64,000 nt of DNA, from positions 181,598,001 to 181,662,000 of the forward strand of contig OX597815.1 of assembly GCA_951406725.2 (NCBI GenBank), given 5' to 3'. Source of the stretch: Octopus vulgaris (lineage: Eukaryota). Numbering within the stretch: position 1 is the first letter of the stretch; each line of letters begins with the position of its first letter. Below, one piece after another: positions 52,400-64,000 of this stretch. The position numbers and the translations under genes were made by a program. The notes under the pieces were generated by a model that had not been told where the DNA came from, searched no databases, and worked only from the letters and a program-made list of their open reading frames with translations.

Positions 52400-54020
52400 A
52401 AAGTACTGAGTAACTGAGGTTGAATTTGGTGTGAGAAAATATGCAGGCTTCAATTTACCGGTCCTTCTCAAGTTACGCACTGACATACCTCTCTGCTTTA
52501 GATTTCTAATCAAAACATAATTATGTCACTTTTAATTTTGAATGTGTACAACTTGCAATATGAATTTGCGGATTAAATATTCTTCACATTGACCACTTCT
52601 CATCTCTTTGTCTACTTAACACCTGATTTCCATCACATTACCACAAAATTCTGACAATATAGTTACGCAGACTTATAGTTTATTAGGCAAAATATTAACA
52701 GATTATTAAAGGAGGGAATAATAGAGCCAGGCAAATCACATTGGAGAGCTCAGGTTGTGATTACAAAGGATAAAACCCCCAAGAAGTGTCTAAGCATTGG
52801 CTATTCACAAACTGTTCATTAATTCACTCAGCTGGATGCATTCCCATTATCTTACATTGATGATAAAACAACTCAATATTCTCTATTCGTTGTCAAGGAT
52901 TTCCGCAATGCTTTCATCAAATACCAATTAAAATTAAAGGAAGGCTATACATTGCACCTGAAGAAGGCAATGGACTGTATCAATTTACCTGAGTCCCCTT
53001 TGGAGCAGCAAACATGGTTGCTTCTTTTCAGCCAGAAATTAACAAATTCGTCAAAAAAGATTTGCTGATAATCTGCCTGTATCTGCACAACATTACTATT
53101 TATGAGAAGATGACCAGTGTCATGATTACAATTTCTCTCACTTCTAGAATACAGCTGAAAGGAAAACTATTACATAAAATGACGAGAAAGTGTCTTTCTC
53201 TACAAGGAAATCATTAGCTATTCTTGGATATATTATTAAAAGACTGAAATTGGGTTTGATCCGGAATGGTTAAGATCAATTTGTGAAATTCTAATTCCAA
53301 AACATGAACAACTTAGTATACCAAAGCAAAGAAAAGGCCAAAAGGCACCTCCTTAGTTTAGTAGGGGGGGTAAGAGATAATAGCATAACGTGAGGCATCA
53401 CTTACTATTCTAAATGGATTTCGAGGTTTTCTGAATGTGTAAAGCCGTTATAAGGTATCAGGAATGCCAATGTCTGAAAAGGCCATAGAAACATTTAACT
53501 ACTTAAGAAAAGTGTTAAGGATGCAGTAACATCTGTTAATGATGTGAATATTTACTGTCAAAGTAAAAACTAATGCTTCAGATTATACTATTGCTACCTG
53601 TTAAGGCGGCGAGCTGGCAGACATGATAGTGCGCTAGGCGAAATGCTTAGCGGTATTTTGTCTGTCATTACATTCTGAGTTCAAATTCCGCCGAGGTCGA
53701 CTTTGCCTTTCATCCTTTCGGGGTCGATAAATAAAGTACCAGTTTCGCACTGGGGTCAGTGTAATCGACTTAATCCCTTTGTCTGTCCCTGTTTGTCCTC
53801 TCTGCATTTAGCCCCTCATGGGCAATAAAGAAATATATATACTATTGCTACCTGTCTAAGCCAAAGATAAAGTCCTGTTGATTTCTGCTCTTGTGCTTTA
53901 CAGAGGCCTAAACTTACATAACCATTCGTCTCTGGAAAGCAAGGTTCAAACCATCGTGGAATTCATCAGAAACTGGTTACGTCATCTTACTTGAAAACAC
54001 TTTATTCTAGGAATTGATGA
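52400..54020 (+). mobile_element. decayed Gypsy/Ty3 pol (protease-RT-RNase H) with stops and frameshifts
   Basis: peptides RLLKEGIIEPGKSHWRAQVV, YSQTVH*FTQLDAFPL, YLHNITI, LGYII, YYSKWISRFS, TNASDYTIA, IVEFIRNW occur in the Gypsy order. Confidence 0.85.
53603..53833 (+). mobile_element. SINE family A inserted in the Gypsy RNase H region, 18-bp TSD
   Basis: tatactattgctacctgt on both sides. Confidence 0.92.
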
Positions 54021-54434
54021 GAAATCAGTCACTTATATGTTGAATCAACATCATAAAGATAAGCAAAGAATGATTAAATCCTGCGTTGCAAAGTAGAGCT
54101 TTCATGTTATCTCGCATTGCTCTCGCAATAACGTTTAATCTACACAAATCTTTATATGCCATCTGGGAATAAGCAAGGTGAGTCATTTTATCGTAATCTA
54201 CCATTTTCATTGAAATAAATAAAGCAGCAAATTCTTGTCATGTTTGTTGCATGTTTAACCCATTAAAGCAATGCAGCTTTTTGAACAGCTTAATGTCGAT
54301 TTCAATGAGCCCGGGCCAAAAAGAGGTAAAGAAGGCAAAAAAGGAACGATACTGCTTAACATTATAGATTAATATTCATGGATTCATTTTGTGTTTTCAT
54401 ACCCGGATATGCCATCATCGACTGTCATTGAGAC

Positions 54435-54842
54435 TTTACTCTCTTTTACTTGTTTCAGTCATTTGACTGCGGCCATGCTGGAGCACCGCCTTTAGTCGGG
54501 CAAATCAACCCCGGGACTTATTCTTTGTAAGCCCAGTACTTATTCTATCGGTCTCTTTTGCCGAACCGCTAAGAGACAGGGACGTAAACACACCAGCATC
54601 GGTTGTCAAGCAATGCTAGGGAGACAAACACAGACACACAAACACACACACACATATATATATATATATACATATATACGACAGGCTTCTTTCAGTTTCC
54701 GTCTACCAAATCCACTCACAAGGCATTGGTCGGCCCGGGGCTATAGCAGAAGACACTTGCCCAAGATGCCACGCAGTGGGACTGAACCCGGAACCATGTG
54801 GTTGGTTAGCAAGCTACTTACCACACATCCACTCCTGCGCCT
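54435..54842 (-). mobile_element. SINE family B, full length
   Basis: reverse complement of family B; nearly identical to 55336-55761. Confidence 0.92.
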
Positions 54843-55124
54843 TTATGAAGTTTTTACTCTGTTTGGTTCACACACCTATCTGATTCTGATAGTGGACATC
54901 ATTTATGAGTCAGCAGCTGCGATAATTCACATGTGGGAAAAGTTTTTACGAGTCTTGCAACAAATTATAATTCAAAAGTAAATGGTCAGGATAAAAATAT
55001 AATTAGGAGAGTATTGTAGTTTGCTTGAAGCATTGTGTATTGTTTGTAAAATATAGCGTGTCTTGAATGGTGCAACAATGCAGAGTGGACTATAATAACT
55101 GTTATAATTTAATTATCCATAGCC

Positions 55125-55174
55125 TGATATAATAATAATATTTCGGAATACAAAAATTCCTTCTTCAGATATCA
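55125..55174 (-). ncRNA. type I hammerhead ribozyme with all three helices
   Basis: minus: TGATAT-CTGAAGA-A-GGAAT(ttttgt)ATTCC-GAAA-TA(ttat)TATT-ATATCA; 6-bp helix I, 5-bp helix II, AUU triplet. Confidence 0.82.
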
Positions 55175-55335
55175 CTAAGAATTAATTGAGTCACTGCTAT
55201 AATCGGTTTTAAACCGGTTAATGATTTTTTTTCCGGTAGTGTCTCTGCAGCGGTTTTACAAAGCTCCTTCTGGAATTCCTCATGAGAAGGGCATGAAGGT
55301 GGCCATGTCTCAAGCTGCTTCTAAGTTATGTATTG

Positions 55336-55556
55336 TACTCTCACTCTCTTTTTTACTCTTTTACATGTTTCAGTCATTTGACTGCGGCCATGCTGAAGCA
55401 CCGCCTTTAGTCGAGCAAATCGACCCCGGGACTTATTCTTTGTAAGCCCAGTACTTATTCTATCGGTCTCTTTTGCCGAACTGCTAAGAGACAGGGACGT
55501 AAACACACCAGCATCGGTTGTCAAGCAATGCTAGGGAGACAAACACAGACACACAA

Positions 55557-55587
<31 letters not shown>

Positions 55588-55761
55588 CATATATACGACA
55601 GGCTTCTTTCAGTTTCCGTCTACCAAATCCACTCACAAGGCATTGGTCGGCACGGGGCTATAGCAGAAGACACTTGCCGAAGATGCCACGCAGTGGGACG
55701 GAACCCGGAACCATGTGGTTGTGGTTAGCAAGCTACTTACCACACAGCCACTCCTGTGCCT
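55336..55761 (-). mobile_element. SINE family B, full length
   Basis: reverse complement of family B. Confidence 0.92.
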
Positions 55762-55859
55762 ATCATACGTGCAGTTTCTATATTTTTTTTCATAATACAT
55801 GAGCATGTCATCAAAAATGAACCTACACTCATCCAGATGTAGCAAAATGATATATTGAT

Positions 55860-56160
55860 TGCCAACCTCCAGACTGTTGTTAATTTGGGGCCATAGTCTG
55901 TCAATGAAGATAACTTCCTTAATTCTTAGATTTCCCAAATTTCTTTCATTGGCTTCAATTGTGATTGTTATGGTTTTGTCGGTGTTCCGTCATCTGTTTA
56001 GATGTTTTCTGAGGATGGAGGATCTCGTGTTCAGATGTTCTTTGATGCAAATGTGTAACGGTCTTGTTGTGCTACCCACATAGAACATGTTGCATTTGTT
56101 ACATTGTATTCTATACACATCATGTACTCCTTGGCATAAATCTGTGTCGCAATGCAGCAT
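55860..56160 (-). mobile_element. second Penelope-like GIY-YIG endonuclease relic
   Basis: DVYRIQCNKCNMFYVGSTTRPLHICIKEHL...NLRIKEVIFIDRLWPQINN. Confidence 0.87.
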
Positions 56161-56184
56161 ATAATATAATATGAAAAATATAAT

Positions 56185-56420
56185 TGTTATTTCTTTACTA
56201 CCCACAAGGGGCTAAACACAGAGAGGACAAACAAGGACAGACAAACATATTTAGTCGATTACATCGATCTCAGTGCGTAACTGGTACTTCTTTAATCGAC
56301 TCTGAAAGGATGAAAGGCAAAGTCGACCTCGGCGGAATTTGAACTCAGAACGCAGCGGCAGACAAAATACTGCTAAGCATTTCGCCCGGCGTGCTAACGT
56401 TTCTGCCAGCTCGCCACCTT
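56185..56420 (-). mobile_element. SINE family A with TSD
   Basis: aaaaatataattgt on both sides. Confidence 0.9.
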
Positions 56421-56719
56421 AATATAAAAATATAATTGTATTGTGTGAAAATGTGTAACAATGACTTTAAAATCCCATAATATATTTTCCAAAGAATGAC
56501 TGATGGTACATTTGGATGTTTTATATTCTATTAGTTCTCTTCAGGAAGTACAACCAACACAGCACCAGATGACCACCTATTTGCCTTTACCAGACTTTTT
56601 CAGCCATGGATATCTCAATCCCTTGGCGACTAATAATGCTTGTTATTGTATTTATACATCACATGAGTGATTTGCATGTGAGCAAGAAGGCTCCCTTCAG
56701 TGAAAGACTTGAACTTGTG

Positions 56720-56757
<38 letters not shown>

Positions 56758-57230
56758 ATATGTATATATATATATATACATACATACATACCAAAGTAGT
56801 TTCATGACATCAGCTAGAAAGAAGGGGAGATAATAAAACAGTGGTGATAAAGGAAGTGTGGAAAGAGGGCATTCAGATGGTGATGAAGGTGGAGGAGGAA
56901 AGGTTTGTAATCGGGCATGATTGAAAGATGAGAAAGAGAAAGAAAGGAGAAAAAGAGAGAAAGGGAGGGGAGAAAGGCAAATAAAGACGTGAGGAGGGAA
57001 AATTCAAAAGGTGTGTCCAAACTTGATCAAATGCATTTCTTTCAATATTTACTTTTATTTGCAATAGTCAGTTCTTTTGGTCAAACTATCGTATCTCCAA
57101 TTGCTTCAGTTGCCAAGATATCAAAAATTGTCAAGGTGTAGTATAATGGTTATGCTATGGAATGGTGAAATAATTTTTTTGTTTTCTGAAACAAGCAGCG
57201 TTTTGAACTTATGACACTTTTGCATAATAG

Positions 57231-57300
<70 letters not shown>

Positions 57301-57319
57301 CATTCATATATATATATTG

Positions 57320-57830
57320 TGACCCCCCTCGGTCATGAATGACCATGGGATTGCACCTAGAAAGTTACCCTCCAAGGCACAAGTCTGGGCAAGGTTGTTT
57401 ATGGAAGACCAGCAGTCGCCCATGCATACCAGACTCCCCTCTCCACGCCCCTGATGTTATCCAAGGGAAAGGCAAAGGCCGATACAGCTTGGCACCAGTG
57501 ACGTCGCAGCTCATTTATTAACGTGCAAGTGGCTGAGCACTCCACAGACACGTGTACCCTTAACGTACTTCTCGAGGAGATTCAGCGTGACACAGAGTGT
57601 GACAAGGCTGGCCCTGTGAAATACAGGTACAACAGAAACATGAAGAAAGAGTGAGAGGAAGTTGTGGTGAAAGAGTACAGCAAGGTTTGCCACCACCCAC
57701 TGCCAGAGCCTCATGGAGCTTTTTAAGTGTTTTTTGCTCAATAAACACTCACAATGCCCAGTCTGAGAATCGAAACCGTGAGCCAACGACTGTGAGCCTG
57801 CTGCCCTGACCACTGGGCCATTGCGCCTCC
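57320..57830 (-). mobile_element. SINE, head C + partial tail Y + additional 3' module Z
   Basis: head at 57830 on minus; Y truncated near 57520; 57320-57515 is an unrelated GC-richer repeat module. Confidence 0.78.
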
Positions 57831-59244
57831 AAAGAAAATAGAGATTCAAATAATGGTTTCAAACCTCATTAAGGGATAGCAAATTCCTATGAAAGTACTG
57901 GTTAGTTTCCTATACAAAGAATGCTGAACATTACAGTTAATATTCCAAGTGATACATGTGCATACGCACATGTTCATGTATGTATACATGTATAGATGTG
58001 TGTGTAAATTTACCAAAATAAAAATAATTACTTCTTTTGCACTGTATGTATTTCATTGCATGATGTTTTTTTATTATGCAACTAAATCTGTTGTTTATTT
58101 TGTTGATTTATTTTTATTAACAACAAAAGAAAAAAAAAAAAGAAAAAAGAAATGATATTAGCTGTTTGAGCTATTTGTCTAATGCTCTCCTCTTCTAAGG
58201 TATCTCTTTCACATAATACTATCTGCTGGCCTTGGGTGAAGACCAACAATTCTAACAAACATTTTGTTGTATTTGTCGATATCCGCACTTCATCCACAAA
58301 ATCGTTTAACAAGGTATAACAAAAGTCTTCAAAAGGAGATTTGTTTAATCTTTTGCCAAAATATTTTCCCAATTCTTTTATTTATTGTTTTTACTTTCAT
58401 GTATTTATAAGTGCACAAGCCCTCTTTCCGCATGAACAGACATGTACACATCTCAATATGCACAGACAACTATAGATTTATGAATGCATATGTGTTTTTC
58501 TCTAAGTATCTGTGTATGCATATTTCAGTGAAAGGGACAGAGACTGTATTCGTGTACTTCAGTCGATGTTTTCCTATTAGCTATTTCCGGGATTCATTTT
58601 CTCTTGTCAAATTCTGTTTCACTTGAATGAATAGAACTTCGTTTTGTTACTGATAAAAGCAAAATATTTCTATATGTTATGAACAAATATATAATTGGGA
58701 GCAGATATCACTGGCAGAATGAAAGAAGCAAAATCTCACTTTCATTCACTGACTTGAAATATAATAAAATCATTCTTTCATTTAGGCATCTTTTTATTTA
58801 GCTTTAAAAGAACATGTCGAATGAATTTATGAGTCATAAGTTAGTCATCTGAAGATGATCAGGGTTTCTATCTTGTCTTCCTCAGGAAAGCAACAGTTTA
58901 TTGAATTTTCCAGCCCAGTTGGTTGAAGATACAAATTCTTCTTATAGTTCAAGAGATACTGATCAAGTGGCCCAGAATTCCAATAACTTTTTAGCATAAA
59001 GAAAAATTCACTTTTTCGATTACTTAAATAAAAAATACCAGTTCCTGTTTGTAGCTGCACTTTTTTTTCTCTCAACAGTACCATCTTTCACCTGATGATC
59101 TGAATTTGGGCGAACTTTCAGGACTCACCTCTGGTGCTGATTTCACCCAATCAGTGATGGAGATTTCCCTACATAACTGTCTTGACAGATTTTGTACAGA
59201 ACCTTCAGACCAAATTGAAGACATTTTCACTCTCTGTAGTATTG

Positions 59245-59626
59245 ACTTTTACTCTTTTACTTGTTTCAGTCATTTTGACTTTGGCCATGCTGGAGCACCG
59301 CCTTTAGTTGAGCAAATTGACTCCAGGATTTATTTTTTGTAAGCTTGGTACTTGTTCTATTGGTCTCTTTTGCTGAAACGCTAAGTTACGGGGACGTAGA
59401 CACAACAACATTGGTTTTCAAGCGATGATGGGGGGACAAACACAGACACACACACATATATACGACGGGCTTCTTTCAGATTCCATCTACCATATCCATT
59501 CACAAGGCTTTGGTTGGCCCGAGGCTATTGTAGAAGACACTTGTCCAAGGTGCCACGCAGTGGGACTGAACCCGGAAATATGTGGTTAGTAAGCAAGCTA
59601 CTTATCACACGCCCACTCCTGCGCCT
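59245..59626 (-). mobile_element. SINE family B
   Basis: reverse complement of family B. Confidence 0.9.
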
Positions 59627-59849
59627 TTGTAAAAATTTTGTTTATACTTCTTGCACTGACGAGTACATTGACATATAATTAATTTAATTAATTCAGTTCA
59701 ACCATGAATTTGCATGATCTTTATATCTCTGTACGAAACGACCATCTGCATGAATTAAAATTCTCATCTATTTTAGCATCTTTTCTCCATTTTTAACAAA
59801 ACTGTTGAGTTTTATGGGATTTCTTTCTATAAATCCATAACACATCATA

Positions 59850-59896
<47 letters not shown>

Positions 59897-60117
59897 ATTT
59901 GATCCTCTTTCCAAGAAATCTAATGCCTGTGGCTTAGTTTTTCATTGGGGCTGGCCGGTTCGGAGTGATATCGAGATTAAACAGACGAAATTGCTAAGAT
60001 GATCCGGTTCCGACTGAAGATTAGAGGCTTCAGTGACCTGTCTGTTTTTTTTGTGTCGTCTCTTTGTGTGTTTTGCGTTCTTGTCCCACTTTGTAATTTA
60101 TATTTTATATTTAATTT

Positions 60118-60169
<52 letters not shown>

Positions 60170-60287
60170 GTATATATATATATATATATAGGGAGAGTTT
60201 ACAAAAAAATATAAATACACGAAGACAGGTGGTTACAAAACAAAAACGAAGACAGATGGTATACAAAACGCTCAAGAATAGAAAAAG

Positions 60288-60324
60288 TCTTTTACACTTT
60301 GAGCCTACGCTCTTCTACAGAAAG
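60288..60324 (-). ncRNA. decayed minimal hammerhead-like relic
   Basis: minus: CTTT-CTGTAGA-A-GAGC(gtag)GCTC-aaagt-GTA-AAAG; helices I and II intact, core mutated. Confidence 0.4.
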
Positions 60325-60414
60325 GGACACAGAAAACAAGGAGAGAAAAAAAATGTGTGTAGTGGCTAGCGAACTATCATGGCGACTGACCATATATATA
60401 TATATATATATATA

Positions 60415-61084
60415 TATGTTTGTGTGTCTGTGTTTGTCTCCCATCACCACCATTGCTTGACAACCGATGCTGGTGTGTTTATGTCCCCCGTAATCTAGCG
60501 GTTCAGCAAAAAGAGACTGATAGAATAAATACAAAGCTTGCAAAGAATAAGTCTTGCGGGAGGGGTCGATTTGTTCAACTAAAAGCAATGCTCTAGCATG
60601 GCCGCTGCCAAATGACTGAAACAAATAAAAGAATAAAAATATGAATATGGATGTAAATTTTTTGCAATAAATAAATAGGAGTGGCTGTGTGGTAAGTAGC
60701 TTGCTAACCAACCACATGGTTCCAGGTTCAGTCCCACTGCGTGGCATCTTGGGCAAGTGTCTTCTGCTATAGACCTGGGCCGACCAATGCCTTGTGAGTG
60801 GAATTTGGTAGACGGAAACTGAAAGAAGCCTGTCGTATATATATATATATATATATATATGTGTTTGTGTGTGTCTGTGTTTGTCCCCCTAGCATTGCTT
60901 GACAACCGATGCTGGTGTGTTTACGTCCCCGTCACTTTGCGGCTCGGCAAAAGAGACCGATAGAATAAGTACTGGGCTTACAAAGAATAAGTCCCGGGGT
61001 TGATTTGCTCGACTAAAGGCGGTGCTCCAGCATGGCCGCAGTCAAATGACTGAAGCAAGTAAAAGAGTAAAAGAGTAAAGAGAG
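60415..61084 (+). mobile_element. SINE family B: 3' half (60415-60637) plus full copy (60677-61084)
   Basis: family B sequence. Confidence 0.9.
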
Positions 61085-61436
61085 TTGTGAGCATTCACAT
61101 TTAAACATATAAGAACTCTATTTCATATGAAGAATTGTAGTTGCAAATATTTCTATAATTTGTCTGCATTTCCATACACACACATACAAACACAAACACG
61201 CGCACCACACACACGCACGGATAATGCATATTTATTGTGATTATTTCATTCACTGACATAAATTACATTGGAAAATATTAGTTCAACCATTAGATGTAAC
61301 ACACACTTCACATACGATCTGTGTGGCACTGAGTGGAATGATAGAGAATCCATTAGGCTTTATGATAATATTTAATGCATTTTGTAGCTTCAGTATTCCA
61401 CATATATTAACATATTTCTAACACGTGCTTCTACGT

Positions 61437-61679
61437 ACTATATACGTATATACATATATATACATATATATATACACAAATATATACACATATATATACA
61501 CACATATGCACACATATACAAACATACACACACATACATACACACACACATACACACACACATACATACACACATACATACACACACACATACATACACA
61601 CACATACACACACACACACACACACACATACATACACACACATACATACACACACACATACACACATACACACACACAC

Positions 61680-61715
<36 letters not shown>

Positions 61716-61820
61716 ACATACACACACACATACACACATATATACATACACACACACACACACACATACATACATACATACATACATATACACACACATA
61801 CATACACACACATACATACA

Positions 61821-61866
<46 letters not shown>

Positions 61867-61892
61867 TACACACATACATACATACATACATA

Positions 61893-61924
<32 letters not shown>

Positions 61925-61950
61925 TACATACATATATATATATATATACA
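61437..61950. repeat. long (CA)n/(CATA)n microsatellite
   Basis: direct reading; source of the longest ORFs in this region. Confidence 0.97.
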
Positions 61951-62244
61951 GGTTGAAATGCATATGGCAATTATGCTCATCAAGCATCGTAATATCTACT
62001 TTTGGCTAAATTATATATGAAATTTTATGCATTAAATTTGTGTCTTAAAAATGTATTGGAAATCATTTTACTTTTCAGCTGTAACAAGTGATATTTATAG
62101 TTTTTTTGTCTGGGTAGGCTCTTTTATGTTTGTTTACCAGGCAAACATGCCTCACACACACACATGCAAACATATCCATACACACACAAATATATATACA
62201 TATATAGATATGGATATATATGCAAATATACATATGGACGTAAA

Positions 62245-62370
62245 CGATGGTTGGCGTTAGGAAGGGCATCCAGCTGTAGAAACACTGCCAGATCAGACTG
62301 GAGCCTGGGGCAGCACCTGGTTCCCCAGACTCCGGTCGAACCGTCCAACCCATGCTAGCACGGAAAACAG
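62245..62370 (+). mobile_element. family E fragment
   Basis: ggttggcgttaggaagggcatccagc...catgctagcacggaaaac. Confidence 0.85.
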
Positions 62371-62633
62371 TATGAGAAATGCTCATGCAAAAGTTCTAAG
62401 TAGAGTGTGTGGCTTGCATGTTAGCACAATGTCTCTTACTTGCAATACCAAGAAGCCAAGAGACATGCAAAGTGCAAGACATCCAGCTCAGTAGAACATC
62501 AGGTTTCATATATATGAGTTAGCCTTCCCCTGGAGGAGGAGATGTCACCATCAACTGTTGGTAGCTGTTCCTTGGGGTCACTTTCAAAGCCCTCAGTGAC
62601 ACAAGGTCTGCCTATATTTTATCAGTCTTGTTA

Positions 62634-63045
62634 GCCAGCTGGCAGAACCGTTAGCACGCCGGGTGAAATGCTTAGCGGTATTTCATCTGCCACTACGTTC
62701 TGAGTTCAAATTCCGCTGAGGTTGGCTTTGCTTTTCATCCTTTCGGGGTTGATTAAATAAGTACCAGTTATGCACTGGAGTCGATGTAATCGACTTAATC
62801 CGTTTGTCTATCCTTGTTTGTCCACTCTATATTTAGCTCCTTGTAGGTAGTAAAGAAATGGGTATTTCGTCTGCCGTTACATTCTGAGTTCAAATTCCGC
62901 CGAGCTCGGCTTTGCTTTTCATCCTTTCGGGGTTGATTAAATAAGTACCAGTTATACACTGGGGTTGATGTAATCGACTGAATCCGTTTATCTGTCCTTG
63001 TTTGTTCACTCTGTGTTTAGCCCCTTGTGGGTAGTAAAGAAATAG
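62634..63045 (+). mobile_element. SINE family A dimer
   Basis: one head, two bodies joined at aaagaaatg|ggtatttcg. Confidence 0.9.
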
Positions 63046-63709
63046 GTTAGTGTGAGACCTGAGGAAGGACATTATAACTGATGAGAGCAGAGTAGACAAC
63101 TATATAGAGTGGCAATGGATGGTGGTCATATGGAATTAACTAGATTTGTGTGATAGAACCCTTGTTGTTCGTATAGGATAGGAAAAAGCAGGAGACATCA
63201 CATATACAGACTGACTCTTCCATCACCTTAAGGCTTTCAAGACATGGAACAGTAAATTAGATCACCATAAAGAAACATCTGTATGTCATTGGATTATAGT
63301 GATGAACACTTGTATGACACGAGTACCATTCTCTGAGTTTCTGTGAGTAATTCCTAGTGACAGGCCAAAACAAGATGACCCTTAAAACCACAGTTTTTAC
63401 ATCAGAGTGTCCCTCTCCAAGAACGATGCTTTGACAACAGTTTGGGGTCCATCACTCCCAGTGGTTTTTTCCAAGTAACTTGATACCAGCCAAGGGTATT
63501 TCTCTGTCCCTGCTCAGGTGAAATGTCCTCTCACATGCTATTAACCAGTGGCTGAGACCCTGACAGGTGATACTACACCAGATCAGTGTTGACCCAGGAA
63601 CAAAAGTGGTTAAAATGTGGTTCCAAATGCCACAAAACACTGGAACTCTTGAACTATAACTCCACTAATATATGCAATTTAAAGTCACACCCAGGACAGA
63701 AAGACACAC

Positions 63710-63740
<31 letters not shown>

Positions 63741-63747
63741 CATACAA

Positions 63748-63910
63748 GGTACAGGAGTGGCTGTGTCGTAAGTAGCTCGCTTACCAACTACATGGTTCTG
63801 GGTTCAGTCTCACTGTATGGCACCTTAGACAAGTGTCTTCTCCTATAGCCTCAGGCTGACCAAAGTCTTGTGAATGGATTTGGTAGATGGAAATTGAAAG
63901 AAGCCCGTCG

Positions 63911-63941
<31 letters not shown>

Positions 63942-64000
63942 TCATCATCATCATCATCATTTAACGTCCGCTTTCCATGCTAGCATGGGTTGGACGGTTC
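63748..64000. mobile_element. SINE B 5' half (+) followed by a family E tail (-) running off the window
   Basis: ggagtggctgtgtcgtaagtagc head; catcatcatttaacgtccgc tail. Confidence 0.85.

Noticed and set aside
52955-53040. cacctgaagaaggc as an HHR start
   Set aside because: It lies in the Gypsy RT coding relic and has no helix II-GAAA partner.
54435-55761. Segmental duplication of two near-identical SINE B copies
   Set aside because: Their flanks differ and several diagnostic bases are shared with 60677-61084, so they are better explained as a young subfamily.
61418-62009. ORFs of 179-194 aa rich in VC/HT repeats
   Set aside because: Read-through of (CA)n/(CATA)n microsatellite; the same applies to 4781-5236, 30203-30508, 35686-36205 and 48122-48574.

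Overview
AT-rich, repeat-saturated eukaryotic (metazoan) non-coding DNA. The SINE repertoire and microsatellite load suggest a mollusc, probably a cephalopod such as Octopus; this is inference and was not verified. No intact protein-coding gene is supported, and nearly all ORF-track entries are microsatellite or SINE read-throughs. Recognisable decayed coding relics are two Penelope-like (PLE) GIY-YIG fragments, a PLE RT-thumb fragment, a Gypsy protease-RT-RNaseH fragment, an R4/Dong-like 3' end and an RTE-like 3' end. There are dozens of copies of about five SINE families, a piggyBac MITE and a Tigger-like MITE. The main discovery is a dense set of type I hammerhead ribozyme (HHR) motifs: 13 full-length or decayed copies from about six unrelated sequence contexts. 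Most belong to a non-autonomous element built as tRNA-like Pol III head + (AAT)n + minimal HHR + short tail. The same module sits directly 3' of a PLE GIY-YIG ORF. Its copies occur as a head-to-head palindrome, as an internal inversion, and flanking an inverted copy of nearby genomic DNA. Several other local inverted duplications that could form long dsRNA are also present.
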